A program made the translations under genes and the position numbers. A stretch of 64,000 bases of DNA, from positions 47,489 to 111,488 of the forward strand of contig CAYTOI010000002.1 in assembly GCA_964439805.1 (NCBI GenBank), given 5' to 3'. Positions 17,904 through 27,870 of the stretch are shown here, one piece after another; position 1 is the first letter of the stretch, and every line of letters starts with the position of its first letter. The notes beneath the pieces are model-generated. The model was not told where the DNA came from, ran no database searches, and was given only the letters and a program-made list of their open reading frames with translations. The DNA comes from an uncultured Pseudomonadales bacterium (GTDB lineage: Bacteria; Patescibacteriota; Microgenomatia; UBA1400; MFAQ01).

Positions 17904-18988
17904 TCCTAAAAATTATCAGGGGGGCGTTTTTGAACCCATTTGAACTGCAAAATTTTTATGGACTGGAGGAGGGGAACGATGTGCAGGTGATCTCGTCCAA
18001 GCGGCCATTAAACTCAAAAATAAACTTACCTCTCAAAAAACTTTGGTCACCAGCCGATCTCCCAAACTTCCCATTCAAATACCCAATTTTAAACAGACTC
18101 TTTGTCGACGCCCAAATACTTTTTGGTCTAGAAAAAGTCATTAAAGGAGCTGACATTGTCCATGTAGCCGAAACATATTTTGGTTATACCTACCAAGCGA
18201 TTATGGCAAAGCGGAAAGGCTTGGTCAAAAAAGTAATCACCACAGTCTGGGAAACCATTCCTTTCAACAACCAGTCCCTACGCGGCCGAAAAATGGCAAA
18301 GATTTACGCAAGAGAAAATATAGATCACTTCATTGCTGTTACCGAAAAGGCAAAAAAAACTCTCATCAAAGAGGGGATTAAAGAAGAAAAAATAACCGTA
18401 ATCCCTATGGGAGTAGATCTCAATAGATTTAAACCCAGACCAAATCTCAAAAACAAAAGAACTATAAACATCCTCTGTGTGGCCAGATTGGTCCCCGAAA
18501 AAGGAGTCCTGACTCTTCTCAAAGCTTTTTTGCATATTCGCAAAAGAAACAATAACGTCACTCTTACTTTTGTGGGTGATGGACCCTTAAAGCCAGAGCT
18601 TAAGGGCTACAAAGGAGTTTTTGTAAAAAGCGTACCCTACAACAAAATGCCGGAAGAATACTCTAGCGCTGACATCCTTTGTCTTCCTAGCCATACCACT
18701 GCTACCTGGGAAGAACAGTTTGGTATGTGCCTTGTAGAAGCCATGGCCACAGGACTACCTATAGTTTCTACCAAAACTGGAGCTATCCCAGAAGTCTGTG
18801 GGACTGTGGCCAGCCTTGTAACCGCTAGCAACGCCCATAGCTTGGCAGTCAGCCTGGAGAAATTAATTTATAATAAGGACTTGAGAACAAAAATTGGTAT
18901 AAACGCCAAAAAGAGAGCTGAAGAGCTTTACGATAGAGAAAAAATAACCAAAAAAATCAAAGAGATCTACAAACTTGTATGTCGATAA
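17900..18988 (+). CDS. glycosyltransferase family 1/4
   Basis: C-terminal EQFGMCLVEAMATGLPIVSTKTGAIPEV (EX7E-type GT4 motif). Confidence 0.8.
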   Translation: MILKIIRGAFLNPFELQNFYGLEEGNDVQVISSKRPLNSKINLPLKKLWSPADLPNFPFKYPILNRLFVDAQILFGLEKVIKGADIVHVAETYFGYTYQAIMAKRKGLVKKVITTVWETIPFNNQSLRGRKMAKIYARENIDHFIAVTEKAKKTLIKEGIKEEKITVIPMGVDLNRFKPRPNLKNKRTINILCVARLVPEKGVLTLLKAFLHIRKRNNNVTLTFVGDGPLKPELKGYKGVFVKSVPYNKMPEEYSSADILCLPSHTTATWEEQFGMCLVEAMATGLPIVSTKTGAIPEVCGTVASLVTASNAHSLAVSLEKLIYNKDLRTKIGINAKKRAEELYDREKITKKIKEIYKLVCR

Positions 18989-20277
18989 AAAGCTTACTAA
19001 TCAAAAATTCTTTCTTTAACCTTCTGGGTTATTTTTATCTTTTGATAGTCAGTTTTGTTTCTGTTTCCATATTTTTAGGAAGTTTTGGCCGCGACGTCTT
19101 TGGAGTTTATTTGTTTTTGGCATCTTTTGTCCCCATGGCTTCTGTTTTTGACTTTGGTGTTTCTATTGCCGTAATCAGAGAGCTTTCGCTCCCAAGTGCC
19201 ACAAAAGAATCAAAAATAAAAGTCTGGAGAACTGCCTTAGCCATTTTTATCGCCGAAGCCTTACTTCTTGTGGCCGTGTTTTCTGGACTTTTGCTTTATC
19301 TCTCCTCTCACATGCCCTTGCTACAAATAGTGAGTAAAAACATTGTGTTGCCTAGTATTTTTGTCTTAACCTTTACGATTTTTGTAAACCACCTAAATAA
19401 CTTGATGCTTAGTGTCCCTCAGGCCAATCAACGTTTTGATATCTTTAATTCAAAAACTTTTATTGTTGGAACAGCTAACACTCTTTTGTCAGCTTTTTTG
19501 AGCACTTACACCCACAACATTCTGCATCTGTTTATTTTGCAGCTAGTCTTTAATCTCGTCACTTTTGTTTATATTTCTATTTATGTCAAAAACGTGTTTG
19601 GTTCAAAAAACTTATTACCTGAGTACAACAGGGAACAGGCCAAGTCATTGCTTGGTTACGGCCTTAAGAATTTTGTTGGTACCCTCGCTAGTCAAATGGA
19701 GTCTCAAGTTTCCAAGTTTTTTCTGGGGTTCCTCTCTTCTGCCCAATCTATAACTGCATTTAGCATTCCCCAAAATATTGTTAGTAAAGCAGCCGGAATA
19801 GTTTCCCAGCTTGCTCAAGCCTTTTTTCCACTTTCAGCTTCTCTCCTGGAAAAAGATAGAATCCACAAACTCAAGAAACTATTTTTTGGTTTGCAATTTA
19901 TTATTTTATTGGGTGGAATTCTATCTGTAGTAGTCACTAATAATTTTGGTGTTCCTTTTCTCACTTGGTGGCTCAAAGACTCTGTAGTTGTAGATCTAGC
20001 TTATCCAGTTTTACAGGTAATGTGCTGGTACTTTGTATTAGTTTCTCTTACCCCACTTCCAACCGCCTTGGTCCAAAGCTTGGGCAAGCCACAAGTGTCC
20101 AGTTTCTTTGCCGTTCTTAGTATTACGTGCGAAATAATTGGTATGGCTTATTATATTCCTAGGTACGCTTCCCTTGGAGCAGCCTTTTCCTTTTTCTTCG
20201 GTGCCGTTGTCTCCATTCCTCCCTTTCTAATCTATACCGTCTATTTGCTTAATCAGAAAATAAATGAGTACCAATAG
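18979..20277 (+). CDS. polysaccharide flippase-like membrane protein (Wzx/MOP superfamily, ~12 TM)
   Basis: 432 aa, highly hydrophobic, glycan-cluster context. Confidence 0.55.
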   Translation: MSIKSLLIKNSFFNLLGYFYLLIVSFVSVSIFLGSFGRDVFGVYLFLASFVPMASVFDFGVSIAVIRELSLPSATKESKIKVWRTALAIFIAEALLLVAVFSGLLLYLSSHMPLLQIVSKNIVLPSIFVLTFTIFVNHLNNLMLSVPQANQRFDIFNSKTFIVGTANTLLSAFLSTYTHNILHLFILQLVFNLVTFVYISIYVKNVFGSKNLLPEYNREQAKSLLGYGLKNFVGTLASQMESQVSKFFLGFLSSAQSITAFSIPQNIVSKAAGIVSQLAQAFFPLSASLLEKDRIHKLKKLFFGLQFIILLGGILSVVVTNNFGVPFLTWWLKDSVVVDLAYPVLQVMCWYFVLVSLTPLPTALVQSLGKPQVSSFFAVLSITCEIIGMAYYIPRYASLGAAFSFFFGAVVSIPPFLIYTVYLLNQKINEYQ

Positions 20278-20950
20278 CTACCTCATAAATAGTAAAAAAT
20301 TTAAGTGGGGACCAGGAAGTATCAGTCTAAACCCAGATAAGGTGCTGCTCCTAAAAAAGTTTGCCGTGGGCAGCTGCTTGGATGTGGGTACTGGAAGTGG
20401 AATATACGCTAACTACTTGTACTCCGAGAGCCACTACACAGTAGGAGTGGATAACGAAATCCAGTTTGTCAAAAAAGCGCAAAAAAACTACAAAAGTATT
20501 ACTTTCAAAAAAGCAGACGCCTGCAACCTTCCTTTCAAAGACAATCAGTTTGACACTCTTGTAGCTTTTGACATCTTGGAACACCTAGACGACGAGAAGG
20601 CTCTAGAAGAATTTTTTCGAGTCGCCAAGAGAGTGGTCTTTTCTGTTCCCCACAAAAATCAAAAGATACTAGAAGAATATGGGCTCTCTCACTCGCATTA
20701 CCTAGACAATACTCACAAAAGAGTCTACGACAAAAAGGCTATTACAATCATTGCCAAAAAAAATAAACTTCAAGTTGTCTTGTTAAAAAATTCATTGCCC
20801 ATCAGTGTCTCTGGGTTATTAATTGAAAGACTCTCCAAAGGAAATCTTCTTAAAAAATATCTTCTCAAAGTAATTCTTAAACCTTTCTTGCCAGAGCCAC
20901 CCATCTACTCCACTGTTTTTGGAGTTTTAGAAAAAGCCAAAAGCAAATGA
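20264..20950 (+). CDS. class I SAM-dependent methyltransferase
   Basis: VLDVGTGSGIYANYL motif I; acidic motif II (VAFDILEHLDDE). Confidence 0.7.
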   Translation: MSTNSYLINSKKFKWGPGSISLNPDKVLLLKKFAVGSCLDVGTGSGIYANYLYSESHYTVGVDNEIQFVKKAQKNYKSITFKKADACNLPFKDNQFDTLVAFDILEHLDDEKALEEFFRVAKRVVFSVPHKNQKILEEYGLSHSHYLDNTHKRVYDKKAITIIAKKNKLQVVLLKNSLPISVSGLLIERLSKGNLLKKYLLKVILKPFLPEPPIYSTVFGVLEKAKSK

Positions 20951-22041
20951 AAGTAGCCGTGTATTACGATCTGCCTTTTGGTGGAGCAAGTGTCGCTATG
21001 ACAGAAATAATTTCCGAATTAAGGAAAAGACATGAAATTGTTGAGTATCGTAATTTAGAAAACAATAAAATTAGCTTACCTCCAGCCAGGCTTTGGAAAG
21101 ACATTGAATCAATTGTTCTTCAATATTTTAAACAGCAAAAACAAGCAGAAATTATAAATAGTCAATACTTTGACCTTGTCTTTGTTTGCCACGACCGCCA
21201 CTTTCAATCCCCATGGATTTTAAGATTTCTAAGTAAGCCTACAGTATTTCTTTGTCAGGAACCTACCAGAGCTTTTTTTGAAAAGTTTTTGGATATCGAT
21301 CCAACCTTGCCGTTACTGAACAGACTTTACGAAAGACTAAATAGAATAATTAGAAAAGGAATAGAAATAAAAAACGCTTCTTTTGCTACAAAAATAATTG
21401 CCAACTCCAACTTTTCCAGAGAGTCCATCAAAAACGCCTATGGCATAGACTCCACTCCAATTTACATGGGGGTAAACACCGCCAAATTCTTTCCTCAAAA
21501 ACTAAAAATAAAAAATCAAGTAGTGGTGGTAGGGAACAACGAACCTCAAAAAAACCTCTCACTTGCCATTTTGTCCGTCGCTGCCATAGAGAAAAAAATA
21601 AGACCAAATTTGGTAATAATCTCACCCAGAGCACGAATTAATTCCGACCTAAAAAGCTTAGCCAAAAAGAGTAAAGTAGTTTTGGACATTCAAACCAGTA
21701 TCGAAACCAAAGATGTCCAAAAAATTTATGGAGAATCCAATTGCTTACTTGCAGTTGCCAAGTTTGAACCCTTTGGGCTTTCGGTAATAGAAAGCTTGGC
21801 TTGTGGCACTCCAGTAGTGGCAATAAACGAAGGAGGTTTTAAAGAAACTGTAGTTAATAACTCTACCGGATTTCTGGTAGCTCCTGATAAAAAAGAAATT
21901 GGTAATGCCATAACCAAGCTAATAAAGAACTCCAATTTAAGAGAAAAAATGGGCAAGCAGGGGATAGAGGATATAAATAAGAGATTTTTATGGCCAAGTT
22001 TAGTTAAAAAAATAGAGAAGTTATTTTATGAAATTGCCTAA
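20947..22041 (+). CDS. glycosyltransferase family 1/4
   Basis: EPFGLSVIESLACGTPVVAINEGGFKETV. Confidence 0.75.
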   Translation: MKVAVYYDLPFGGASVAMTEIISELRKRHEIVEYRNLENNKISLPPARLWKDIESIVLQYFKQQKQAEIINSQYFDLVFVCHDRHFQSPWILRFLSKPTVFLCQEPTRAFFEKFLDIDPTLPLLNRLYERLNRIIRKGIEIKNASFATKIIANSNFSRESIKNAYGIDSTPIYMGVNTAKFFPQKLKIKNQVVVVGNNEPQKNLSLAILSVAAIEKKIRPNLVIISPRARINSDLKSLAKKSKVVLDIQTSIETKDVQKIYGESNCLLAVAKFEPFGLSVIESLACGTPVVAINEGGFKETVVNNSTGFLVAPDKKEIGNAITKLIKNSNLREKMGKQGIEDINKRFLWPSLVKKIEKLFYEIA

Positions 22042-23494
22042 GATTGGAGCGGTAGTCGTTAACTACAACAATCCAGAATCAACCAGAGAAACTTTAAGTT
22101 CTTTGTTGCAGCAAAGTAACAAGAAAGAGTTTGAACTAAAAATTTATTTGATAAACAATGGCTGCACTGATACGGATTCAGCAAATTTAGCTGAAGAGTT
22201 CGAGTCAGTAATCTTGCTAGAATCAAAAACAAATTTAGGTTTTGCTGGGGGAAATAACCTGGGGATCAAAAAGGCTTTGGTAAATAGGTGCGATTATTTA
22301 TTGATAGTCAATAACGACGTTACCATTCTTTCTGATAATTTTTTTGAAACTTTGCTAAAGTCTACCTCCGACATTACCGCTCCCCTAATAGAATACAAGC
22401 GAGAAGGAAAAACTATTTATGACTTTGGTGGGAAGGTGGATTTACTCTTCGGGCGCAATACTCATCTGACCAAGGCAGGCAAGCCAGATTATTTTTCTGG
22501 GGCGTGTCTCTTTGTAAAAAGTCAGGTTTTCAAAAAACTAATAGGATTCGATGAGAAATTCTTTCTCTACTACGAAGACGTCGATTTTTGCTTAAGGGCC
22601 AAATGCGCTGGGTTTACCCTAGGGCAAGCTGTTAACGCCAAAGTTTTTCACTTGCTCTCCGACTCTACTAACAAACTTGGTGTCAAGAAAATAAAAATTC
22701 TGGCTGCTAGCCACCTCAGGTTTTGCCTGAAGCATTTAAGTATTTTTTCCTTTCCACTGTATTATTTCTTTAATCTTTATTTAAATTCCAAGCGAATAGC
22801 GCCTTATGTCTCTTGGAAATCCTACGAAATGTATAAGTCAGCTTATCCATTCTTAAACAGAGTCTATTGTTTTTTAAACAACACTCCTCAAATCCATCTA
22901 ATAGGGGATAGTCACACCTGGTCCTACTACTATCATCACCCCTTTCTGGTTCATCATCTTGGTGCAGCCACAGCCTACAATCTAGGGAATCCGAATTCCT
23001 CCACAAATTCTTATCAAGAATTAATGAACCTTCTTCCAAAAATCAATAAGAGTAAAGACCTTCTGTTATTTGAGTTGGGAGAAATAGATTGCCGTGTTCA
23101 CATCTACAACCAATACTGCAAAGGGAATAAAAAGCAAAAAATAAGCACCATTATTGCGCTTACGGTAGAAAAGTATCTTGCTGTTTTGGATAAACTTATC
23201 TCACAGGGTTACAAAGTATCTGTCCTCAGCCCCACACCCACAGGCACCGAAAAAAATATTTACCACAAGCCTTTTTTTGCCGATTTTAAACTCAGAGCAG
23301 AAATAACCAGAGACTTTCACCAAAAACTAAAGCTAGAGGCGAAAAAAAGAAATATTCCTTACATAAACCTTTTTGAAAAAGTGGTGAGTAAAGATGGGGG
23401 GATAAAGAAAGTTTACAGAGCCGACGAAGTCCATTTAAATTCCAAGGTGGTTCCCTTTACCTTGAGTATAATAAAAACTAATGCAACCAAATAA
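22028..23494 (+). CDS. GT2 glycosyltransferase fused to C-terminal SGNH/GDSL-like hydrolase domain (488 aa)
   Basis: N-term KIGAVVVNYNNPEST...DVDFCLRA (GT2); C-term ...IHLIGDSHTW... and GEIDCRVHIY (GDS(H) block). Confidence 0.6.
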   Translation: MKLPKIGAVVVNYNNPESTRETLSSLLQQSNKKEFELKIYLINNGCTDTDSANLAEEFESVILLESKTNLGFAGGNNLGIKKALVNRCDYLLIVNNDVTILSDNFFETLLKSTSDITAPLIEYKREGKTIYDFGGKVDLLFGRNTHLTKAGKPDYFSGACLFVKSQVFKKLIGFDEKFFLYYEDVDFCLRAKCAGFTLGQAVNAKVFHLLSDSTNKLGVKKIKILAASHLRFCLKHLSIFSFPLYYFFNLYLNSKRIAPYVSWKSYEMYKSAYPFLNRVYCFLNNTPQIHLIGDSHTWSYYYHHPFLVHHLGAATAYNLGNPNSSTNSYQELMNLLPKINKSKDLLLFELGEIDCRVHIYNQYCKGNKKQKISTIIALTVEKYLAVLDKLISQGYKVSVLSPTPTGTEKNIYHKPFFADFKLRAEITRDFHQKLKLEAKKRNIPYINLFEKVVSKDGGIKKVYRADEVHLNSKVVPFTLSIIKTNATK

Positions 23495-24614
23495 AGAAAG
23501 GTTTACCAAGTTAGACGGACTAAGGGGCTTACTCTCTCTGGTCGTAGCTCTCAATCACTCTTTTTTAATTCTTTTAATTCCTGCCTTTGCCAATGTCTGG
23601 GAACAAAACATTTTTGCCTTTAACGATTTCCAGTCTAAGATTCAGCAAATATTTATGCTTCTTGGTAATGGTGGAGTAGCTGTTACCATGTTTTTTGTTT
23701 TGTCTGGTCTGGTTATGGGTCAGTCTCTCAAAAAAATAGAGCCAAGCCTCTCTGGAGTTCTCGGGTTCTATGTAAAACGCATGACTCGCTTGTATCCTGC
23801 TTACTTCTTCTTAATAGTCTTCTCAGCCCTCTACATGCGTCTAGGCTTTGTCTATCGCACTTATCCGGTAGCTTCTTCCTGGTTTCACTGGTGGATGAAC
23901 TTTGAAATGACTCTGTCCGAGTTTTTCCGCAACGCCTACTTTGCCAGTATTTCTCTAGGCGGCATTACCTGGACGCTAAGAGTTATTGTTATCGCTTCAT
24001 TTATTTTTCCAGTTTTTTACTTTTTGACAAAAAATACTTCAAAGTATATTGACCTTGCCCTTACGGCACTTCTTATCTATTTGAGTTTCACTCTCTTAAA
24101 TATTGCAGGCTTTAGAGATCTTCGATATCTATATATGTTTTTTGCTGGGCTTATCTTACCCAAATTCAGGTCTCTGTTTGAAAATTTCCCTAAGTGGTTA
24201 TTTTTTGTCACCCTTCCAATTTGTCTTTATGTGATGTTGGATCTTAGGTATATGAGTGATGAGTACATAGGTGGACTTGGTGAAGCTGTAGTCGCTTGGT
24301 TTTACCTAGGACTAATGGCCTACAACCACAAAGAGACAATCTTTAACTTTTTGGACTCCAAGTTTTTACAATTTTTTGGCAAAATCTCTTACAGCCTTTA
24401 TCTTATTCACTTTTCTGTGCTTTATATCTTTGCTAAGATCGTCTTGGACTACCTCCCAAATCTTCCCTATGCCCACAACTATGTGGCCATCCACTTAATG
24501 TTCTTTGTCTTCTCTACCATTCTTGCTACCTACCTATCAATATTTATGAATAAGTTCGTAGAAGAGCCGTCGGTGAAGCTGGCTAGTTTCATTAGTGAAA
24601 AGTTCAAAAGATGA
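23481..24614 (+). CDS. acyltransferase family 3 (membrane O-acyltransferase)
   Basis: LDGLRGLLSLVVALNH N-terminal hallmark; ~10 TM. Confidence 0.8.
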   Translation: MQPNKERFTKLDGLRGLLSLVVALNHSFLILLIPAFANVWEQNIFAFNDFQSKIQQIFMLLGNGGVAVTMFFVLSGLVMGQSLKKIEPSLSGVLGFYVKRMTRLYPAYFFLIVFSALYMRLGFVYRTYPVASSWFHWWMNFEMTLSEFFRNAYFASISLGGITWTLRVIVIASFIFPVFYFLTKNTSKYIDLALTALLIYLSFTLLNIAGFRDLRYLYMFFAGLILPKFRSLFENFPKWLFFVTLPICLYVMLDLRYMSDEYIGGLGEAVVAWFYLGLMAYNHKETIFNFLDSKFLQFFGKISYSLYLIHFSVLYIFAKIVLDYLPNLPYAHNYVAIHLMFFVFSTILATYLSIFMNKFVEEPSVKLASFISEKFKR

Positions 24615-25291
24615 AGCTCTCCATTGTTGTTATTACTAATAAAGAAAAGTTAAACGATCATTTTTTGGAGCTCCTAAAATTTGGAGATGAACTGATTGTT
24701 GAGTATAGTAAAACCTTAGAAAGTTTTGCGGAAAAAAGAAACAAGGCGTTAGCCAAAGCAAAAGGGGACTGGGTACTATTTGTGGATGATGATGAAATAG
24801 TAAGCCGTGAGCTTGCTGAGGAAATTTTGCTGGCTATCAATTCTCCCATATTTTCAGGTTTTAACTTAAAGAGGGTTGACACAGTATTTAACGAAGAGCA
24901 GAAACACGGAGAAGTCGGTAATATAAAAATTTTAAGACTAGCAAAGAAAAAGTCCGGTGAATTTAAACGTAGTGTCCACGAAGTTTGGAAAATCCAAGGC
25001 AAAATAAAAACTCTAAAAAACCCTCTTTACCATATTAAAGATAGTTTTGTTTCTGAGTTTATCAGTAGAATGAGCTTTTACGGTCCGCTAGACGCTGCCA
25101 GCCTCAAATCAGAAAACAAAAACTTTTCGTACTTTAAACTTTTGTTTTTGCCTGTAGCCAAGTTTGTAAATAACTATATTGTCAAAGAAGGCTACAGGGA
25201 TGGTTACCCAGGACTTTTTCTTTCTTACCTTATGAGTATTCAGTCACTATCCGTCAGAATTTTTCAAAAAGAACTAAATGAAGCAAAATAA
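24611..25291 (+). CDS. glycosyltransferase family 2-like (short, 226 aa)
   Basis: MKLSIVVITNKE..., DDDE motif. Confidence 0.55.
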   Translation: MKLSIVVITNKEKLNDHFLELLKFGDELIVEYSKTLESFAEKRNKALAKAKGDWVLFVDDDEIVSRELAEEILLAINSPIFSGFNLKRVDTVFNEEQKHGEVGNIKILRLAKKKSGEFKRSVHEVWKIQGKIKTLKNPLYHIKDSFVSEFISRMSFYGPLDAASLKSENKNFSYFKLLFLPVAKFVNNYIVKEGYRDGYPGLFLSYLMSIQSLSVRIFQKELNEAK

Positions 25292-26345
25292 ATATCTGCT
25301 TTATCTTATTATCCTAGTTTGGCCCTTTGGCTTGCTACTAAGAGGGGAGTTTGGATTTTTAGCTAAACCAGTTTATTTGCTCGATATTCTAGTGGGCTTG
25401 GTTTTTGTAGTTTCAAATTTTGACAAAAAATTTAGAATAGAGGCTAAAAAAGACTCTCTGTTTAAACCCCTCTCAATTTTTATTCTTGCCCTAACAGTTT
25501 CACTTCTTGCCAATTTAAATAGATTATCTTCTTTGGAGCTAACGGTTTCGCTTCAATACTTGTTAAGAGTTATTGTCTATCCAGTTCTGTACTTTGTAGC
25601 CAAAAACAATAAGAGTAGGGATTTGCAGTTATTGTCTTTTATCTCAGCACTGTTATTTATTGCCTTTGGACTTCTGCAATATTTTTTACTTCCCGACCTA
25701 AGATTCCTAAAAAATCTGGGTTTTGACGATCACTTGTATCGGCTAGCGGGAACCTTTGCTGACCCCAATTTTGCTGGGGCAATACTGGCCAGTCTCTCTC
25801 TTGTATTTCTATCCCTCAATCAGTACTTATTGCTCTTGGTAAGCTTATTATCTCTCGCCCTTACTTTTTCCCGAGCCTCTTATCTTGCCTTTGTTGTTGG
25901 GCTGATTCTATATGTAATTTTAAATAAAAAATATAAGGCGCTAGCCATAATGGGTTTTTTGTCAGTTGCTATTTTTCTTTCGCCTAAGCCTTTTGGAGAA
26001 GGGGTAAATTTGCTACGTACTGTGTCCATTTTTTCTAGACTAGAAAACGTTAAAGAAGGAATCATCTTGTTTCAACAAAAGCCAGTTTTTGGCTGGGGTT
26101 ATAACACTTTAAATGCAAGCCTTAGTAATAGTTTTGTGTTTATCCTTGCTACCTCTGGAGTAGTGGGCTTTGTTGCCTTCTTAAACTTACTCAAATCTGT
26201 TTACCTCAATAGTTCTAACACTTCCAAAGTAATATTGGTGGCTTTACTGACACACTCACTGTTTAACAATACCTTTTTCTTTATCTACGCCCTATCTTTT
26301 TTCTGGATAACTCTGGCTCTTATGGAGTATAAGAAACCTTTATAG
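25278..26345 (+). CDS. O-antigen ligase/polymerase-like (Wzy_C) membrane protein
   Basis: 10-12 TM; LTFSRASYLAFVVGLILYV resembles Wzy_C loop motif. Confidence 0.55.
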   Translation: MKQNKYLLYLIILVWPFGLLLRGEFGFLAKPVYLLDILVGLVFVVSNFDKKFRIEAKKDSLFKPLSIFILALTVSLLANLNRLSSLELTVSLQYLLRVIVYPVLYFVAKNNKSRDLQLLSFISALLFIAFGLLQYFLLPDLRFLKNLGFDDHLYRLAGTFADPNFAGAILASLSLVFLSLNQYLLLLVSLLSLALTFSRASYLAFVVGLILYVILNKKYKALAIMGFLSVAIFLSPKPFGEGVNLLRTVSIFSRLENVKEGIILFQQKPVFGWGYNTLNASLSNSFVFILATSGVVGFVAFLNLLKSVYLNSSNTSKVILVALLTHSLFNNTFFFIYALSFFWITLALMEYKKPL

Positions 26346-27027
26346 TTTGCTCATCCACATTTCCAGCTTTGTCCGAAGCTACAATCTTCAATATATTTTC
26401 TCCGTCCTTTAGCTGAATTCTTTGGACAAAGCTTCCGTCTTTATTGACATCCACAAAAGAATTGTTAGCCATTACCTGGGCGTTACTCTTGCTTGTCTTC
26501 CCTGTAATCTCTATTGATTGGCTGCTCTTTCCGATGTACTCAGTACCTTCTTTGGGAGAGGTAACTGTGAGGACTATTGGCTCTTTGTCGACGTTAATTA
26601 TTTTTATCTCAGATAGACTAGAGTTGTTGGCAGCGTCTACTGCTCGGATCTGAACTCTATTGGCTCCTGCACTAAGGTCAGCATTAAAAGAAAAAGATCC
26701 ATCTTCTTTGGACTTGTCTGCTTTGTTTAGAGTATCGTTTACCATCAGCTCTAGGTCAGCTCCTGCTTCTGTATAGCCTTCTATGGTAACCATGGCGGTA
26801 TTTGTCGCTTCTGGGACAGCTGAGAGTATGGGGGGTTGTGGGGGAATAATGTCAGTTTCGGTTTTGTTTACCGTTACTCCGTTTCCGGCAATAACTTTTA
26901 TAAACAGCGGGAATCCCCACTTTATCATTACAAAAATAAAAACAATTGAAAGGAGAAAATAAAAGCGAGACTTGTTTCCTTCTTGCGATTTTCTGTATCT
27001 GCCTATCATGCCTCTAGTATAAGGCAT
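26320..27027 (-). CDS. membrane-anchored protein with Ig-like (Big) domains (235 aa)
   Basis: N-terminal TM anchor, beta-rich repeats (ANRVQIRAVDAANNSS). Confidence 0.45.
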   Translation of the reverse strand: MPYTRGMIGRYRKSQEGNKSRFYFLLSIVFIFVMIKWGFPLFIKVIAGNGVTVNKTETDIIPPQPPILSAVPEATNTAMVTIEGYTEAGADLELMVNDTLNKADKSKEDGSFSFNADLSAGANRVQIRAVDAANNSSLSEIKIINVDKEPIVLTVTSPKEGTEYIGKSSQSIEITGKTSKSNAQVMANNSFVDVNKDGSFVQRIQLKDGENILKIVASDKAGNVDEQTIKVSYTP

Positions 27028-27046
27028 AAAGTATAATTGTTCCTGT

Positions 27047-27117
27047 GCGGGTATAGTTCACCGGTAGAATGCTTCCTTCCCAAGGAAGAGAAGTGGGTCC
27101 GATTCCCATTACCCGCT
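27047..27117 (+). tRNA. tRNA-Gly (anticodon CCC)
   Basis: Hand-folded cloverleaf: acceptor GCGGGTA/TACCCGC, D-stem GTTC/GAAT, anticodon stem CTTCC/GGAAG, loop TTCCCAA, T-stem GTGGG/CCCAT; no encoded CCA. Confidence 0.75.
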
Positions 27118-27127
27118 CACAAAAAAG

Positions 27128-27152
27128 TCAGACCCTTGTGGTCTGATTTTTT
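27128..27152 (+). terminator. rho-independent terminator after tRNA-Gly
   Basis: TCAGACC-cttgt-GGTCTGA + TTTTTT. Confidence 0.65.
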
Positions 27153-27157
27153 GGTAA

Positions 27158-27213
27158 GTGAGCAAAGAATCGGACCTGACGGAAGCAAGCTCTTACTCCG
27201 GTATCCCGCTCAC
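27158..27213. repeat. scrambled tRNA-Gly fragments (inverted T-arm GAATCGGACC; direct repeat of acceptor 3' end TCCCGCTCAC)
   Basis: Compared by eye with the tRNA-Gly at 27047-27117. Confidence 0.4.
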
Positions 27214-27219
27214 TAATAC

Positions 27220-27705
27220 TTACTCTGTTACCTTACAGATTTCGAAAGCGTGAACAAATACTAATTCATCCATATATTTAATTGTTTCGAGAGCTCTTGT
27301 AAGATTGAATGAAGGAAAAGAATCGGTTATTTGGTAGGAATATCGCCACTCCCCATCCGGGCTTGGAAGGCACTCGTCAAACAGTCTTGTATTTCCCCCT
27401 AATTCACCAACCTTATTTATTAAGTACTTTATTACATCCTTTTCAGATATGCCTAGCTTAGATAAAATTTCATCTTTAGCAACCCCACCTGCATATAATC
27501 GTGTAATTGTTTCATCACCAGTAGTTGCAAGTTCCTGTCCGCCACCAGTTTTTGTTGGAAGCCACTCATCGTGATAGCTTCCTTCTGGTCCTTTGTAGTC
27601 ACTTACTTTTAAGGTAAAATCCCCTCTGGTTGTGGTTGTAACATCAGTATGTCCAGCATATCCTTCACCTAAACCCTTAGTTAAAATTTCTTTTCCACTT
27701 GTCAT
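27220..27705 (-). CDS. hypothetical protein (161 aa)
   Basis: ORF only. Confidence 0.45.
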   Translation of the reverse strand: MTSGKEILTKGLGEGYAGHTDVTTTTRGDFTLKVSDYKGPEGSYHDEWLPTKTGGGQELATTGDETITRLYAGGVAKDEILSKLGISEKDVIKYLINKVGELGGNTRLFDECLPSPDGEWRYSYQITDSFPSFNLTRALETIKYMDELVFVHAFEICKVTE

Positions 27706-27821
27706 TTCTGTATCTTATCAAATTTGCCATATCTCAATGAATAGTCAAATTTGGTTTGATCGCGTTCATGCCTCAGAAGACTAGATATGGCCAATAATCA
27801 TTTCGAGCCAATTACCCAGTA

Positions 27822-27852
27822 GTCCACAAAAAACCGCCCCTTTTGAGGCGGT
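27822..27852 (-). terminator. terminator for minus-strand lipoprotein gene
   Basis: CCGCC-loop-GGCGG hairpin preceded on plus by AAAAAA. Confidence 0.5.
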
Positions 27853-27870
27853 TTTAATTTCGAAAATAAA

